A DNA stretch of 64,000 bases from Rhynchobatus australiae (GCA_034780895.1 JAUZTB010000070.1:21913634-21977633), one strand, 5' to 3'. Positions 38,340-52,430 are shown, counted from the first letter of the stretch. Notes: generated by a model not told the origin, from the sequence alone. A program made the numbers and translations.

Positions 38340-39570
38340 TCATCCCATCTCAGGACTTAACTGCAAGAATGACTCAGACTAGGGTCCTTAACAGCTTCAT
38401 AAATGATCCTCCTTCCATCATAAGTGGAAATGTTCACTGATAATTGTATTTGAAACTCCCAACAAATGAAGATGTCTGTCCCTGCAAGAAACCAGGCTTG
38501 GACAACATTTGGTTGTGGATGAATAAGAATCAAGTAATATTTGAGCCTTGAGTGACAGGCCATGACCATCTCCACAAGAGATTTTAACCACCTACACTCT
38601 GTGGTTGTGCATTACATTCACCAAGCCCCCCCCCCCACCATCAAAACCCGGGTGGTTGCTCTTGTTGGACCAACAATGTAAATACTGTGCATACAAGGGC
38701 AGTCCAGAGGCTGGGAATCCTGCAGTGAATAATTTACCTCCTGACATACTAAAGCCTTTCCAACTTCTACAAGGAGTGTAAAAGAATACTCTCCACTTGC
38801 CTGGGCATGTGCAGCTCCAATAACATTCAGAAAATTGAATCATGGGGAGCATAAATAGGGTGAATGCATCCCACCTCCCCCTCTTTCTCTCTCTCTCTCC
38901 CCCCCCCACCAAGGTTGGGCAAGGGGAGAGATTTAATAGCAACCTGAGGGATAACTTTTTCACCTAGAGGGTGGTCTGCATATAGAATGAGCTGCCAGAA
39001 GAAGTGGTTAACAGAGGTACATTAACAACATTTAAAAGACACTTGGACGAGTATATGGATCAGAAAGGTTGAGAGGCTTACATGGGAACCTTGATTGACA
39101 TGGACTAGTTGTGCTGAAGGGGCCAACTGGCCCTCTGGCAACATCCAGAACAAAGCCACTGGTTGGCAGCTCATCCACCAGGCTAAATGTGCACTTGTCT
39201 CCACTGTGATTGCACAGTGGCTGTGGTGTGCACCATGTATAAAATACATCAAGATTACTTGGACTACTCTGAGACCTCCCAAGACCACAACTTCTACCAC
39301 CATGAAGGACAAGGGCAGAGATGCACAGAACATCGCTATTTGTATGCATTCCTCCAAATTGCACATCATATTGACTTAGAGATGTATGGCTGGTTCCTTA
39401 GTGCTGGGTTTAAGTCCTGGAACTCCCTACCCAACCCTACTCTGGGAGCATCTCCACCAGTAGAACAGCAGTAGTTCAAGGAGCTTGCTCACCAGCAGCT
39501 ACTTGAGGGCAATTGCGAATGGGCAACAAATAATAGCATTGCCAGCAATTTCCAGATCTTGAACAAGGAA
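38340..39570 (+). mobile_element. CR1/L2-group LINE (family of 10480-12010) interrupted by a CR1 3' fragment at ~38915-39110
   Basis: cagcttcataaatgatcctccttccatcataag (RT region); resumes at acatccagaacaaagcc and ends cttgagggcaattgcgaatgggcaacaaat. Confidence 0.7.
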
Positions 39571-42169
39571 TAGATTAAGCAAAATCATAGGTGTGGTAGT
39601 TGAGCATGCAGTGGTCACTGTCTACTTTGGGAAATGATAAATTGTCAAGGGTTCCTTCTCGCTTCTAGTCAGTGTCCTTGTGTGGCTCAAAGATTGAGCT
39701 CAAATACTGATAGCCTGCCCATACTCCACAGCAGTGTCTCATTTTTAGTTGCGGTATTAGAAAATCCCTGGAACTGAATTAGACCAGAACAAAGGGTCAG
39801 TGCCTTCAGGAGAGGAATGCAGAATATTGGCAAGGACAAAAAGTTGCATATGTTTTGGAGTGGATGAAAATGTGTTCTTAGTGCATATTTGTAGCTCTGT
39901 CAGAAATAGAGCTTTAGTTCAAGTTGTCTAATCTTTTCCTGTTTGTGATCCAAACTATGTCACTGGGTGCCAGATGAGCCACTTCAAAAAGGAGCAGCCA
40001 AAAATAATCCTTCATTCCGTGAAGTATCCTTTTAATGTTTGGAGTCCAACGCCAGGCAGTATGACACAAGCAGCAGTGTTATCCCCCACAATGAATGGGA
40101 CTCTTGTTTGGAGTGACTTTAGCTTAAAGTGATACATGGTGAGCTACACAATCGGCCACCAAACAGAAACTTTCTGTTCTAGTGGGCAGCAGAGATTTGG
40201 GAGATTGGCTTTAAGCAGGAATTTGCTCTTTGTTCTGAACTGGATTTGTATTCAATAAAGCCATGTGACTGATCCCTCCAAGATGTCGGGGAGCAGGATG
40301 AAGCTGAACTTGTGCACACACATAGCATGTAAATGTTCTCTTGTGAATTCAAATGCCAATGAGTTAACTCCCATGTTTAACCTTTTTCCCCTTATTTGGG
40401 GGGTGGTCTAAGATCTGACTGGTGGGATGGGCTGTTCAGTGAGGGAGATTTTGGAGTGTTTCATTGTTCCTGCTCTCCTGGGTATTGAGTCCCAGCAATG
40501 AATCTGCCCTCCATGAGGCAAAGGCTCAATTGCTGCAGAATTGGGCATCACTTGATCAATGACACTATGTACTGTCCTTGACTTCTCTGTGCAGGATGTT
40601 GTTATTATGACAAGGGGCTTGGGACTGAAGTGCAGTGTTACCATGTTAGGGTGGTTGTGGGTTAATGGGAAGAAGTGAGGTTGTGCTTTATTTTGCACCT
40701 AACTGTTTGTTTAATACCCAACAATTCTGAGTTTACCACTTGAGGGCTTTACGTGGAAACCTGTTCATTCTTTAAGTCTGGACATGAGCACACACTGTAG
40801 AGTACAACTCTCAGCCTCTCCTGTCTTCCAGCACAGATGGAAGGCTTAAGAGACCAGACACCTGAACCCCAGATGATGCCATCTTTCTGTTTGTGACCCC
40901 TGCATTACAGGGGTGGGTGGTAGTGTTGCAATCCTAATAAATGTATTGCGATTTTTNNNNNNNNNNGAAGGGAGGCATAGTTTATTTATTTTCCTTTTTC
41001 ACATTAACTTTGTAAGAATTTTTACTCTATATTGCAATTTTTGATTTGTGATTTTGAATTCCATAAGGGTGAATTTCTGTTACCTAGACTGCTGTAAGCT
41101 GGTGGTTGCCTGTACTTGGAGCCTGGCACTTGTGCAACTTTGTACCTTCCATTCCCCCTTACTACAGTCAGCTGACTTGGTCAACTTCTGGCTAGTATGC
41201 TTTTGGGAAGGGAGAGATCTGTCCTTGTACCTCCTCAACTCAATGTATCAATAAAAGTCTCTGTAGTAAAAGATCTGCCAGAATTTTATTGAATGATGGA
41301 ACAGACAGGAGGGGAAAAAATAGTTGCTTTTTCTGTCTGGTACCCTCATCTATGCAATGGATTAGGGCAGAGCATATGAATTAGCTTGACTGGTTAGGGA
41401 GCCCACATTTAGAGGTGTCAGGCTCTAGCTGAGAGTAAGGCCTCTGTCTGCTGGATCTTTTGGTGCAGACATTAGAAATCCATTTGATTCAAACTGAAGA
41501 GCAAGGAATTTGTGGACTCAAACATTGCTACAGCATTGAATCGAGCCATCCAGCCATCAGGTCTGTGTCATTGATTTTTCTCCCCATGAGACCTCTAATC
41601 ATTCTCCTGTTCATTTGCCATACTCTTTATAGTCCTGTTTCCCAAGCAACTATCGATATTCCCTTTTAAAAAGAATCCATTAAATACTGGATTCTAAACC
41701 TCCTCTGTGTACAGAATTCTTTATAACCTGTCCTTTAGTTCTCTGGTGATTGAAAGGGCACAGACTTGACGTTAGCATCTTGCTGACCAGTGGAAGCAAT
41801 CCATCATTATTTGTCTTTACAGCCCTTGATACTTCTGGAGACTTGTCCTCTTTCTTGAGGATAAATGTCTTCACTTCAAGGCTTCATTTATACCTGGAAT
41901 CTCATTCCTCATCAGTTAAATTATGCTGCCCCAAAACCATGGGTTTCTGCCTCTTCCCTATGTAGATGTTCCCAAAAATTGTTTGCTGTGCCTTAACTAT
42001 GGCCTAATTTAAGTGCATTCCTTTTAACATTTAGTATGTCTTTGGAAGGATTGGATTAACCTTTTCTTAACCATCGATCTCACCTTCAATAATCTGCAAA
42101 ACCACACATCAATGTACTTCCTCTCACTGCTCCATTAGAATTGTGCCATAATTCCTTTTTCCATCAGAA

Positions 42170-42585
42170 CATAGAACATCACAGCAAAGTAGAGGTCCTT
42201 AGCCCATGATGTTGTGCTGACATTTTATCCTGCTCTAACATCTATCTAACCCTTCCCTCCCAGATAGCTTGCCATTTCTCTATCATTCATGTGCCTATCC
42301 AAGAGTCTCTTAAATGTCCCTAATGTATCTGCCTCTACCTGCAGTCCATTCCACATACCCATCACTGCTTTTCTTTATTTTTAAACAAAAGTCATCATTG
42401 ACATTTCCAACCCTGCCCCAATACCTTCCTCCAATCACCTAAAAAATTATGATCCCCTTATGTTAGCCATTTTCACCCTGGGGAAAAGGTCTCTGACTGT
42501 CCACTCAATCTATGCCTCTTATCTTGTACACCTCTATCAAGTCACCTCTCCTCCTCCTTCACTCCAAAGAGCTCATTCAACCCAT
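42170..42585 (-). mobile_element. CR1 3' fragment
   Basis: agaacatagaacat tail; atcttgtacacctctatcaagtcacctctc (reverse RGDLIEVYK). Confidence 0.85.
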
Positions 42586-42789
42586 GCTCTGTATTCTTCC
42601 AAAATATTTTGTTTCATGTTTTTCTGCATTGAACTGCAGCTGCCTTCTCCCTTCTTCCATTGATCAGTCACTTTTATTGTCTTGCAGAGACCTTGGTTTA
42701 ATTTCTCAATATCTGCAGTATCATAGACAAATTACAGTTCCCTCTCTTTAATCAAGCCATTTTGTTTTTAAGAGTAAATCCAATACAGG

Positions 42790-43250
42790 GTATGGAGCAT
42801 AAAAGCTATATTATGGGTCTAGTAATCTGGTGTTGTGGACTAAAACTCTGGGGGGCCATAGAATGAAGAATCCAAATCCCACCATACTGCAAATATCATT
42901 TAAATTTAGTTTTACTAAGTAATCTAGTAAGTAATTTACAAAGTAATCTAGTGTTGGCATTTGTAACTATGAAAACACCACATTTGCATTTTAAAGAAAA
43001 AAACAAACATTTCGTTCACCACTGTCCGTTTTAGAAAGGAAATTTGCCATCTTGGCCTACATGTGACTCCAAGCCTACATCAATGTGGTTGATGTGTTAC
43101 ATTTCAAGTTAAATGAAACAAACCACTCAGTTGTATAAGAAACTCTCGTTCATCTGGCAACGCTACTCCATTGCATATTGCAGTGTTTCAAGAAGAAGAT
43201 CTTCTCAAGGGCAATAAATGCTGGCCATGGATAAAGAATGAAATTATTCA
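42790..43250 (+). mobile_element. Old tRNA-derived SINE (family of 4010/15630)
   Basis: ctagtaatctgg...caaatcccacca...aaggaaatttgccatcttggcctacatgtgactcc...aatgtggttga...caagggcaataaatgctggcc. Confidence 0.7.
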
Positions 43251-44656
43251 TGTGCAAAATCACTTGCCTACTCTTCCTGGGATTGGAAATGTGTAGCCAT
43301 AATTATTTTAACTCCATCTGGCATGATATTTACACCTTACTAAGTGCATTTCTTAAATGCATATAAACCCTTCTGTTACACATTTATCCCCTTATCAATC
43401 CTCTTAGTTGATAGATGAATTCTCTTAATGTTGGTCAAATGCAGCTTGTCATCAGGAAATGACTAGCTGTCCTTGGCTTCCTAGTGTTAATAATTTTGTC
43501 CTGTAAACTTTTCTCCTGGCCAACATTCCTCAACCAACCAATGACAAATTAAATGGTCACTTCTCCCATGGCCGTAGAACATTATCGAATAAAATGCCAG
43601 CCTCGTCAGTCCATTGAGCGCCATGGCAACACTGCAGATGCCACTTGTGTGAAGTGCTTTTGACATACTTCAACAGGAAAAACATTGTAAATGCGAGTAG
43701 ATATTTATTAAAGTTAGAGGTAATCAGATTTCTAAGGGACACAATTGGGTTTAGAAAATCTAACTGAATGGTAGGCCAAGCTCAAGGGGCCAGATGCCCT
43801 TGTCCTTCTGTTACTGAAATGTTAGCAGAAGCATTGGGGTTTAAAACTATTTCCATAGATTGGGACAATGACAAAAATCTACATGCCTTTTTAACTGCTG
43901 AAAGTTACCTTGGTATGTACCAAACTTTACAGCTAGTTAGTAGCTGTAATATCAAGTATAGATCCTGTTGTAATGTAGGAAGGGGTCAAGGTGTATGTGA
44001 CTTCAAAAGTCTACTTTGGTAAAGGAGAGCTGACCCCTCCATAGTGCAGACATTTTTCTTTAGATTCTCATTTTATTGTGGCTTGAGTGCTCTGTGATCT
44101 TTTTATTTGGAAGTAATGTTGTATTCTGTTTATAAAAAAAAAATTTCATCATCACCCAACCTAACCTCTTAATTGGATTGGGTGGGGATTCCCACAGGAA
44201 ATATGTCTTCAATATTGAGGTGGACTAATGATTATTAAGGAGAAAAATATGCTGTGGTCTAATGTAAAACCTAAATAAGAGGGCACAGAGTGTTCTTGCC
44301 ACAGGAGGCATATAATGAAAGACTGACCTCATGACTATGGTTGGGTTCTTATTTAACTGATTGTCTCCTTAACTCAGCAAACAAACAGTTTCAAAGCTGT
44401 GCCTTGGCATTCTGTTTAGTTTCTCACATGAATGAAATCAGCTTGTGAGCTGGGTAAAGGTTGCTTTGTGACTGGCTGCTCACCCACCTGTCTCATGTAG
44501 CCAGTGGTGATCCTAGAATAAATTGGCCCAAGACACTGACAGAATGGGGGCAAGACCTGGCAACAATATAAAAGTAATGGAAGGATATTTTAATAGGAGA
44601 GAGTAAAGTGCAACTTGCAATGACCCAATCCTGTGCTATGGAATTCAATGCAATCA

Positions 44657-45312
44657 TAGAACAGTACAGTACAGGAACAGGCCCTTCGTCCCACAATATC
44701 TGTGCTGAACGTGATGCTGGATTAAACTAAGTCTCTTTTACCCGTACCTGACCCGTTTCCTGCATATCTAACAGTCTCTTAAATGCCACCATTGTATTTG
44801 CTTGCACCACTACCTCAGGCAACCCTTTCCAGACGTCTATCACTCTCATTTACATTTCTTAAAAAACTTGTACCACATATCTCTTTTTAAATTTTCCCCG
44901 TCATGTCTTAGAGTACTTAACATTTCCCCCTGAGAAAAAGATTCTCACCATCTACCCTGTCTGTCTCATAACTTTATGAACTTCTATCAGGTCTCCCCTC
45001 AGCCTCTAATGCTCCAAAGAAAACTCTTTGAAAATTGTCCAACCTCTCCTTATAGCTTATACCCTCTAATCTGGTAAACCTCTTCTATACCATTTTCAAA
45101 GCCTCCACGTCCTCCCTGTAATGGGGTGACCAGAATTGTGCACACTACTCCAAGTGTTGTCTAACCAAAGTTTTATAGAGCTGCAACATGTCTTCCTGAC
45201 TCTTATACTCAATGCCCCAACCAATGAAGGCAGGTGTGGCAAATGCCACTTTTACCACCCTATCTACTTGTGTAGCCACTTTCAGTGAGTTATGGATTTG
45301 GACCCCAAGATC
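44657..45312 (-). mobile_element. CR1 LINE 3' portion
   Basis: catagaacagtacagtacaggaacaggcccttcg tail; tctatcaggtctcccctcagcct; ggtgaccagaattgtgcacactactccaagtg (reverse LE.CAQFWSP). Confidence 0.9.
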
Positions 45313-47049
45313 CATTGGTATTAGGAATTCTTATTTGAAAATTCAATTCTTATTTGAGCTGTTTCAAGATATTATTGGTAGTACTTGCAACAAAGGTACA
45401 CTTCATAATTTGTTAAAAACATGAGTGCAGTCCCCACAAGTTTAATTACAGGGCAGTAAGATGGAGGAGGCAACGTTCAAAGTTTAGTTGCAACAAAGAA
45501 CAAGAGTGATGTTTCATTTCCTTCCTGTAACTGGAATATGGTTGCAGAAATATTACAATCATCTGGGTCTGATGTTTAAAGGAGTGGAATTAATTTAAGC
45601 ACAGATAATCTAGGCTTTAAGAGGCTTTGCCAGTCTCAACACTGTAACCATGCTTCTTAATTCATCATATTCTCAAAGCTGGTTTCCAATGATGCGATCA
45701 GCATTTAGCGTGAACAAAAGGCGGTGTCTCTGAGGCTCAGTGGGTTAAGGAGTTTGCAGAGCCACATACTGGGAGTAGATGATCATGGGTTTGATTCTTG
45801 GTTGACGCTGATTTAGTTGACCTCAATGGAGTCACTAAGTGAGGCCTATTATTAGTCTTGTTCATAGTAAAGGAAAATTTTAAAAGAACTCATCTAGTTC
45901 CTCTCCAGTGCTTCTGTGTGACTGTTTGCCTTATCTTTAATGTTCCACTCACCCATTAGTGATGAAGCTTTATTTCTCAGTTCATCATCCTCTTCTACAA
46001 ACTTTCCTGGAAGGGAGCTCTTTGCATGACTCCAGCCTGTGTTCTCAGTCATTTTGTTCAGGCCTCCTGTTAACATCCCTCTGTACACCAGTGACAATGG
46101 ATCTCTGTCTCTGTCACATGAAGCCTTTCCCGGACATTACTCTTAGATCCAAGATGACTATTCTGTCTCATGTTTGTCTTCTCAGAAGTCCCTTGGCATG
46201 TGAATGCCATGTTGAAAGCTCTTTATCATTTGAACTTGTTGCTGAGCTTGTTACCACCACCGTCCTCATCCTGAGGCTAAATGCTTGGGAGATTTCTGTA
46301 GATTTGGGGCAGGGCAGCCTACAAAAAAAATGGTCTTCTCCTCTTTTNNNNNNNNNNNNNNNNNNNNNNNNNNNNNNNNNNNNNNNNNNNNNNNNNNNNN
46401 NNNNNNNNNNNNNNNNNNNNNNNNNNNNNNNNNNNNNNNNNNNNNNNTGATTGCAGCTTCACCAGCTACTGTCATACTGTCTTTGTAGTCCATTATTTAT
46501 TTCATGTCTCTACTGATTGCTATGCACTGATTTCCCCTGTGCTCTAAAATGGAAATACTTTGTGGAGTATTGAGTATCAAGGCAATGATAGGCTTTACAT
46601 TCATCACCTGGGTATATGTAAAAATACAAGATGGACTCAAAGTGAGAGGTGTCACAACAAAATGATTTTATCCCTCTGTGCATCCCGCCTAGCTGTACAG
46701 CCACAAGCATCAATCACATCAGCTGACATGACAATTCTTTCTGTCCAAGTGCCGCTGTTGGTGTGCAGGCATCTGATAACTATCTCAAGTTGATTTGACC
46801 AGAACCAAAGCAAGCTGATCTTCCAGATATTGCCAAAGTCAGGAGCTGAATAAAGGAAAGAACTGATGAACTGATGCACAGACAAACTCATTTCCCTTGT
46901 TGTGCTCTTCCTTTGGTACTGCAGTGTGACTGACCTGTATTCTTTGACTACAACTCACATTAGAAGCAGTTGAAGGAAGGTTCACTTGGTAGATATCTGG
47001 GGTGAGGAAAGGTCGAGCAGTTGGATAAAATTTTTATTGAAATATTTAA

Positions 47050-47560
47050 TATTTTGAAGGCGATTGAGGAAATGTAATAAATTTGTTTCTCTGAAATCTG
47101 ATCCATTCAATAAGATGCTGACCTTTTACCTCTGTGCCACTTTCTTGTACTAATTCACTGTTCCTCGATTCCCTTAACATCTTGGCAAATGTCATCCCTG
47201 TATCCGCCCTGTCAAGCCCTGTAAGAATTGTATATATTTCAGTGAGATCACTTCCCATTGTTATCAGTGCACGTACAGGGCCAGTTTGCTTAATTTGACC
47301 TTTTAGGACAATCCCTTCATCTCAGTAACCAATCTTTTGAACTTTTGCCGCACTGCCTTTGGAGATGTATTGATTCATGGATAAGGAGAGCAGATCTATA
47401 CACCACATTTCAGGTCTGATCTCACTCGGGGCCTATATAAAGCCTTTACTCTCCTATTCTAATCTTCTTGCAATTAAAGCCAATGTTCTATTTGCCACCC
47501 TAATTGCTTGTTGTTAACTTTCAGTGATGTGTGTGTGTATAAGGGCATGCAGGTCCTTGT
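47050..47560 (-). mobile_element. Decayed CR1 fragment
   Basis: Minus ORF GSDLTEIYTILTGLDR resembles CR1 RGDLIETYKIL.GLDR. Confidence 0.65.
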
Positions 47561-47639
47561 GAGCAATATAATTTTGCAATCCCTCATCAAAAGTAGGTAG
47601 AAGCTTTATAAAATACTACTTGGGTTAGAATTGGATTCA

Positions 47640-48770
47640 GCACTCCACTTCTATCACTAAATGTGTAGAGATGTGTAGGAAATGGTAAGGCCCTGGAGTG
47701 TTATTTTAAGAACTGAGACCTAGGGTACAAGTACATAGTTCCCTGAAAGGAGAGAGACCGGTAGAATGGGCGNNNNNNNNNNTGGTGTCTGGCACGCCTG
47801 TCTTTATCAGTCAGGGCACTGAGTACAGGAATTGAGACGTGTTACAAATGTGCAAGTGATTGTTGAAACACTCAGTACTGTGTGCAGATCTGGTTGCCTA
47901 GCTGTAGGAAGGATGTCATTAAGCTGGAGTGGGTACAGAAAAGCAGTGCCCGGTTGGGACTTTTTTCCCTGTAGCCTAGGAGGCTGAGGGGTGGGTGACC
48001 TTATTGAAGTGTGCAAAATCATGAAGGTCATAAGTAAGGGTGGATGCGCACAGTCTTTCTCCTAGAGTAGGGGAGTCTAAAACTAGATGGGTTTGAGGTG
48101 AGAATGGAAAGATTAAAAGGGACCTGAGGTGCAACTTTTTTACTCTGAAGGTCGTGGAAAGATCTGCCAAAAGAAGCTGTAGAGGTGGGTACAATTACAA
48201 GGTTTAAAAGACATTTAGATGGGTACATGGATAGGAAAGGTTCAAAGGGATGTGGGCCAAATGCAGGCAAGTGGAACTAGCTCAGGGAGGCAACTTGGTT
48301 GGCATGGTGAGTTGGGCCATTGGCCTCTCTGCTGTATTACTCTTTAGTACTTGATTTGGTCCAGAGATGAGGGAGTTCAGCTATAATTCTCGCTTCTGAT
48401 GTTTGAGTGCTCTGCATGGAGCAAACCACGTTGAGAGGAGATTTGATAGAAGTGCATAACATCATGACTGGTTTGGGTAGAGTAAATAGAGAAACTGATG
48501 CCATTAGTGTAGGTTTCAAAAATCAGAAAAATTTGGATCAACATATACTTGATGAAGAATTTTTCTTTTACTTGGGTGATAGTTGGAATTTGGAATTCTG
48601 TTCGTAGGGGAGATGGAAACAGTATATAAAAGCTTTCAAAGGAAAGCTGGATAGAACCTTGAATTGATTTGCAGGGCTATAAGTACTGGTGGAATTGTTC
48701 CATTAGGAACTGTCATTGATTTGATCGACCAAATAGTGGCCAACTGTGCTTCATCAATTCTGTGAAGGGT
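47640..48770 (+). mobile_element. Two or more tandem CR1 3' fragments
   Basis: gtactgtgtgcagatctggttgcc...gaccttattgaagtgtgcaaaatcatg and a second LRGDLIEVHNIMTGLGRV at ~48430. Confidence 0.85.
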
Positions 48771-48779
48771 AGAATAAGA

Positions 48780-49620
48780 CAGAAGTGGTTGCGATGCATT
48801 TTCAAGACTCTGTTGCCTGTGCCCAACTGTGAAGTAAAGGTGAGAGGGAATTGTACAATGGTCAGATTTTACTGAAGATTTCACACAGAAAGTCAGAGCT
48901 GGATGGGAAAGGAAGAACCCACCTGAGGGGGTAGGGGTGGAATCCAAAGGTAATGATGTGAATGTTAATTTCAATGCATGGCGGCAGGAGTGGTCTGATG
49001 GATAGGCAGCCAGATTGGGTGGTGGTCTGCCTATTGGATTTGGTGAATATAGGGTACAGGGAGGTTGACAGGAAGGAATATTTGACAAATTGAGCCTGAA
49101 TTTGGCAGAAGTATAGATAAGGGAGTGCCAGCTACAAATATGCTGATGGGGAATTCGGGTCCGATGGGATGTTTACAGCAACTGGCCAGTGAGGAAATGG
49201 GGATACTGATGAAGGAGAGGGTTCACAGGGGTGGGTGGTAGTGATTCCCTTGGTCTTCCTCGTGCTCCATTTCAGTTCATATTAGGCAGGAAGATGCAAG
49301 GTTGAGTGAAGTAGAGCTGGCTGTCATCAGCATCCAAGATGATCAATATGTGTCATAAGGAAGAGGAACCAATGCAGGCAAAGCAGTACAGAGAGGAACC
49401 AACGTCGGGGCTGCGCTAGGGAGAAGAACCAGTGAAAGGATGAAACGTTGATCAGGGATGTAGAGTTCAGTCCAGAAAATTAACAAAGCAGTGGACCTCA
49501 GTCCAGAGATGAGCAGAGCAGGAAACTTCTGCCCAAGAGCTAATGTAGCAGTGATGTGAACTGCGGTGATGCAGTTGGAAATAAATTGGGGCTAGTGTTT
49601 GACGGAATTGTAGGGAGGGC
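48780..49620 (-). mobile_element. Decayed L2 LINE (RT region)
   Basis: gtgaagtagagctggctgtcatcagcat reads ADDSQLYF on the minus strand (RT ADD motif). Confidence 0.55.
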
Positions 49621-50999
49621 TTTCTGAAGGTGGCGGGAAGAAGTGGCGTATTACTGTCGGGTACCCCAGCACTTTATCTTCAATGGGGAGGGGGATTCCT
49701 GGCAGTTGTGAAGCAAATTGCTAGCAACTGANNNNNNNNNNNNGGGGGGGGGGGGGTGGTGTTGAAGTGATTCACATTGTTGTTCAATGATGATGATTTT
49801 CATGACCTTAGCTGTGAGAGAGAGCTAGTATTAGGCAGTGGATAGAAGTGTTGAAACTCTGAGTTGGCATTTATGATACCATCTTGAGAACACTATTCCT
49901 GAGCAGTCAAACACTAGTCCTTCTAATCTGTATGATTTAGTACCACGTTAGGTGGTATCTTTGCTTGCAGGATTATGTGGGGACACTAAAGATAATATGT
50001 ATATTCATTGTGTCCAATGGTTTGTGTGTATAGTTATTGGAATTTAAGATCCTAAGGCAATGTGTTATTACTATTACACACCATCACCAAAGCTCTTATC
50101 TTTATCCAGCCAAAAGAGTGCCACCAACTCCCGATGTACATATTTCCTGGTCCTTAATCATCAGAGGCATCTATCTCCTCGAGTTCCCCTTGCAAATGTC
50201 CTCTAGAACAGCTCAGTAATGAGGGCCCAGCATCAACCTGTGAGAGCAAAGAAGTATGGCCAATAAAAGCTGCCTTGCTTTGCCACTCATGAACAATTTA
50301 AAAGTGCAAGAAATGGAAACAGATTTCAAAGATTAGATGTTGAGAAAATGCTTGTTGATTTTCCTCTCTGCTGCCATGGAAATTGAGCTGGGGTTGTAAA
50401 CAGGCAAGTTGACATCTACTCTGTTGGTAATGCATTCACCACCTGCCCCCACTCTCTTGCCCAGGGCTCTCCTTGTGTATTCAGGCCGTGCCTGTTCTCA
50501 GTCGGATGTAAAGTGCTTGGAGGGCTCTGCCAGCGTGGTTGCCCATCTGTCGTGTTACAGCCTATGTCTTTGGGCAGATCTCAAATCCTCATCCACCCCC
50601 ACCATTCTGTCAAATGGCTGCAATGATGTCATGCCATTAGAAAGGGCATGTAATGATTTATCCCTTTTGACAACAGTCCTACCCTTATTTGTTAACGCAA
50701 CATGCCAGCAGTCACTTGTTGTAACTTGCTGTGTGTGCTGATGACCCAAACATCTGCCTTTGATTGTTTTGTGAAGTTGTTACAAAAAGCGAGACATTTT
50801 TAAGCTGCTGCTCTATCTTATAGGTGATGCCTATGAAACCAACACCTCTTTCATCATCACGTGATTTTCAGATTTATTCATTGACATGCTGTCCCACTCA
50901 TTGAGATAATTGCAGGCACCTCTCCCATGAGTTCATTCCAATAAATTTGGATAGGGCACAAACTATTGGCACTTACTATTGCCTAAACTGCACTTTCTA

Positions 51000-51345
51000 C
51001 TAGATTTTTAAAAATTTACTTCACAGGATTTACAATCCCTAATAAATCCATGGAGCTGAAAGGCTTGCTTGGCCTTTCCAGAGTGTAGTTAAGAGTCAGC
51101 CACAATGTTGTAAGTCAGTCACACAAAGACCATACCGTAAAGATGGCAGATTTCCTTTCCTGAAACTCATTGCTGAACCTAATGGGTTTTCACAACAACC
51201 AGATTGTTTCATGATCACCTTTACTTCTGCTAGTATTTTATTCCCAATTTTCTTTTAAATTACAGGAATTTAAGTTCCTCTGCTGCCATGGTGGGCTTCG
51301 AACTTGCTTCCAAATGTTGTTGGCATACTGGTCTAATTTGGCCAA
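51000..51345 (-). mobile_element. Old tRNA-derived SINE
   Basis: gttaagagtcagccaca...gatggcagatttcctttcctgaa...ctgccatggtgggcttcgaac. Confidence 0.7.
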
Positions 51346-51799
51346 CATGCTGCTAGTATTCCTCTTTAAGATAGATACTAAATTATCTGCAAACAAGAAC
51401 TGGGAGGTACAAGTGTTGTTAGACAACTTCTGATTATTGCAAGAGTCATTAAGAGAGATGGCATTCTCTCTATGCAAATAATGGCGGTTGCATGGATTAA
51501 CATTCCTGAAGATGTGCGTTGGAGTAAAGCATAGGGATGGATGGTGTTTGGGGGGGGGGGGGGGGTCTGTNNNNNNNNNNNNNNNNNNNNNNNNNNNNNN
51601 NNNNNNNNNNNNNNNNNNNNNNNNNNNNNNNNNNNNNNNNNNNNNNNNNNNNNNNNNNNNNNNNNNNNNNCCCCGCGGTGAACATGGAAGTATTAGTAGA
51701 AAGTGTCAATAAAACATGAAGGGTATGGTTTTTTTTTGAGCACCACAAGCCTGTTCTGCCAATCAGTAGATCATATATTGTCCATCCATAACTGCCTCA

Positions 51800-52060
51800 G
51801 CAGTGAGGGGAGAACTGAAGGCAGATGTGTGGATCTGGAGTTGCATATTGTCCAGACTGGCTAAGGATCAGTGATTTCCTTCTCTGTAGGGCTTTAGTGA
51901 AACAGATGGGTGTTAAGACAATCCAGTTATTTAACAATTACATTATTTGAGACTATCTTTTTATTCCAATGCTATATTGGAATTCAACCTCCTCTTTTTG
52001 GGATAAATGATCGTGGTCTCTGTGTGCTGGCCAAGCAACTTCTGAGCCACCATAACCTCT
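51800..52060 (-). mobile_element. Old tRNA-derived SINE fragment
   Basis: gtggatctggagttgcatat...ccagactggctaaggat...atttccttctctg...ttagtgaaacagatgggtg. Confidence 0.6.
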
Positions 52061-52430
52061 GCACAGTTTCTTCAGTCCTCAGTGTGGATCCAAGTACCTG
52101 AATGCTGTTGACCTAAGCCAGAATGTTTTGTGTCATATTCGTGATTCATCAGTGAATCCAAGTCCTTGGACACTAACCCAAGCCAGAATATTTTGTGCCA
52201 TATTTATGATTTATCAACAAAGTACATGGAATGGGAGCTGGATAAATACCAAATATTTAATAAATGAATATGTTGGCTGGAAAGAAGGAGATGGAGCATT
52301 AAATACAGCCCAGAATGTTTGGACCGAATAACTAGCTTCTGCACTATAAATTTTATAAAGTCATGTGAGCTTTAGTCTGCCAATGTTCAAGTTCCCAGTT
52401 GTAATTTTGTCTCTTCCCTTTTCTTTCCAG

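Noticed and set aside
49732-49760. Poly-G/C tracts as G-quadruplex elements (also ~51550, ~58240)
   Set aside because: They abut gaps, so their length and context are unreliable.
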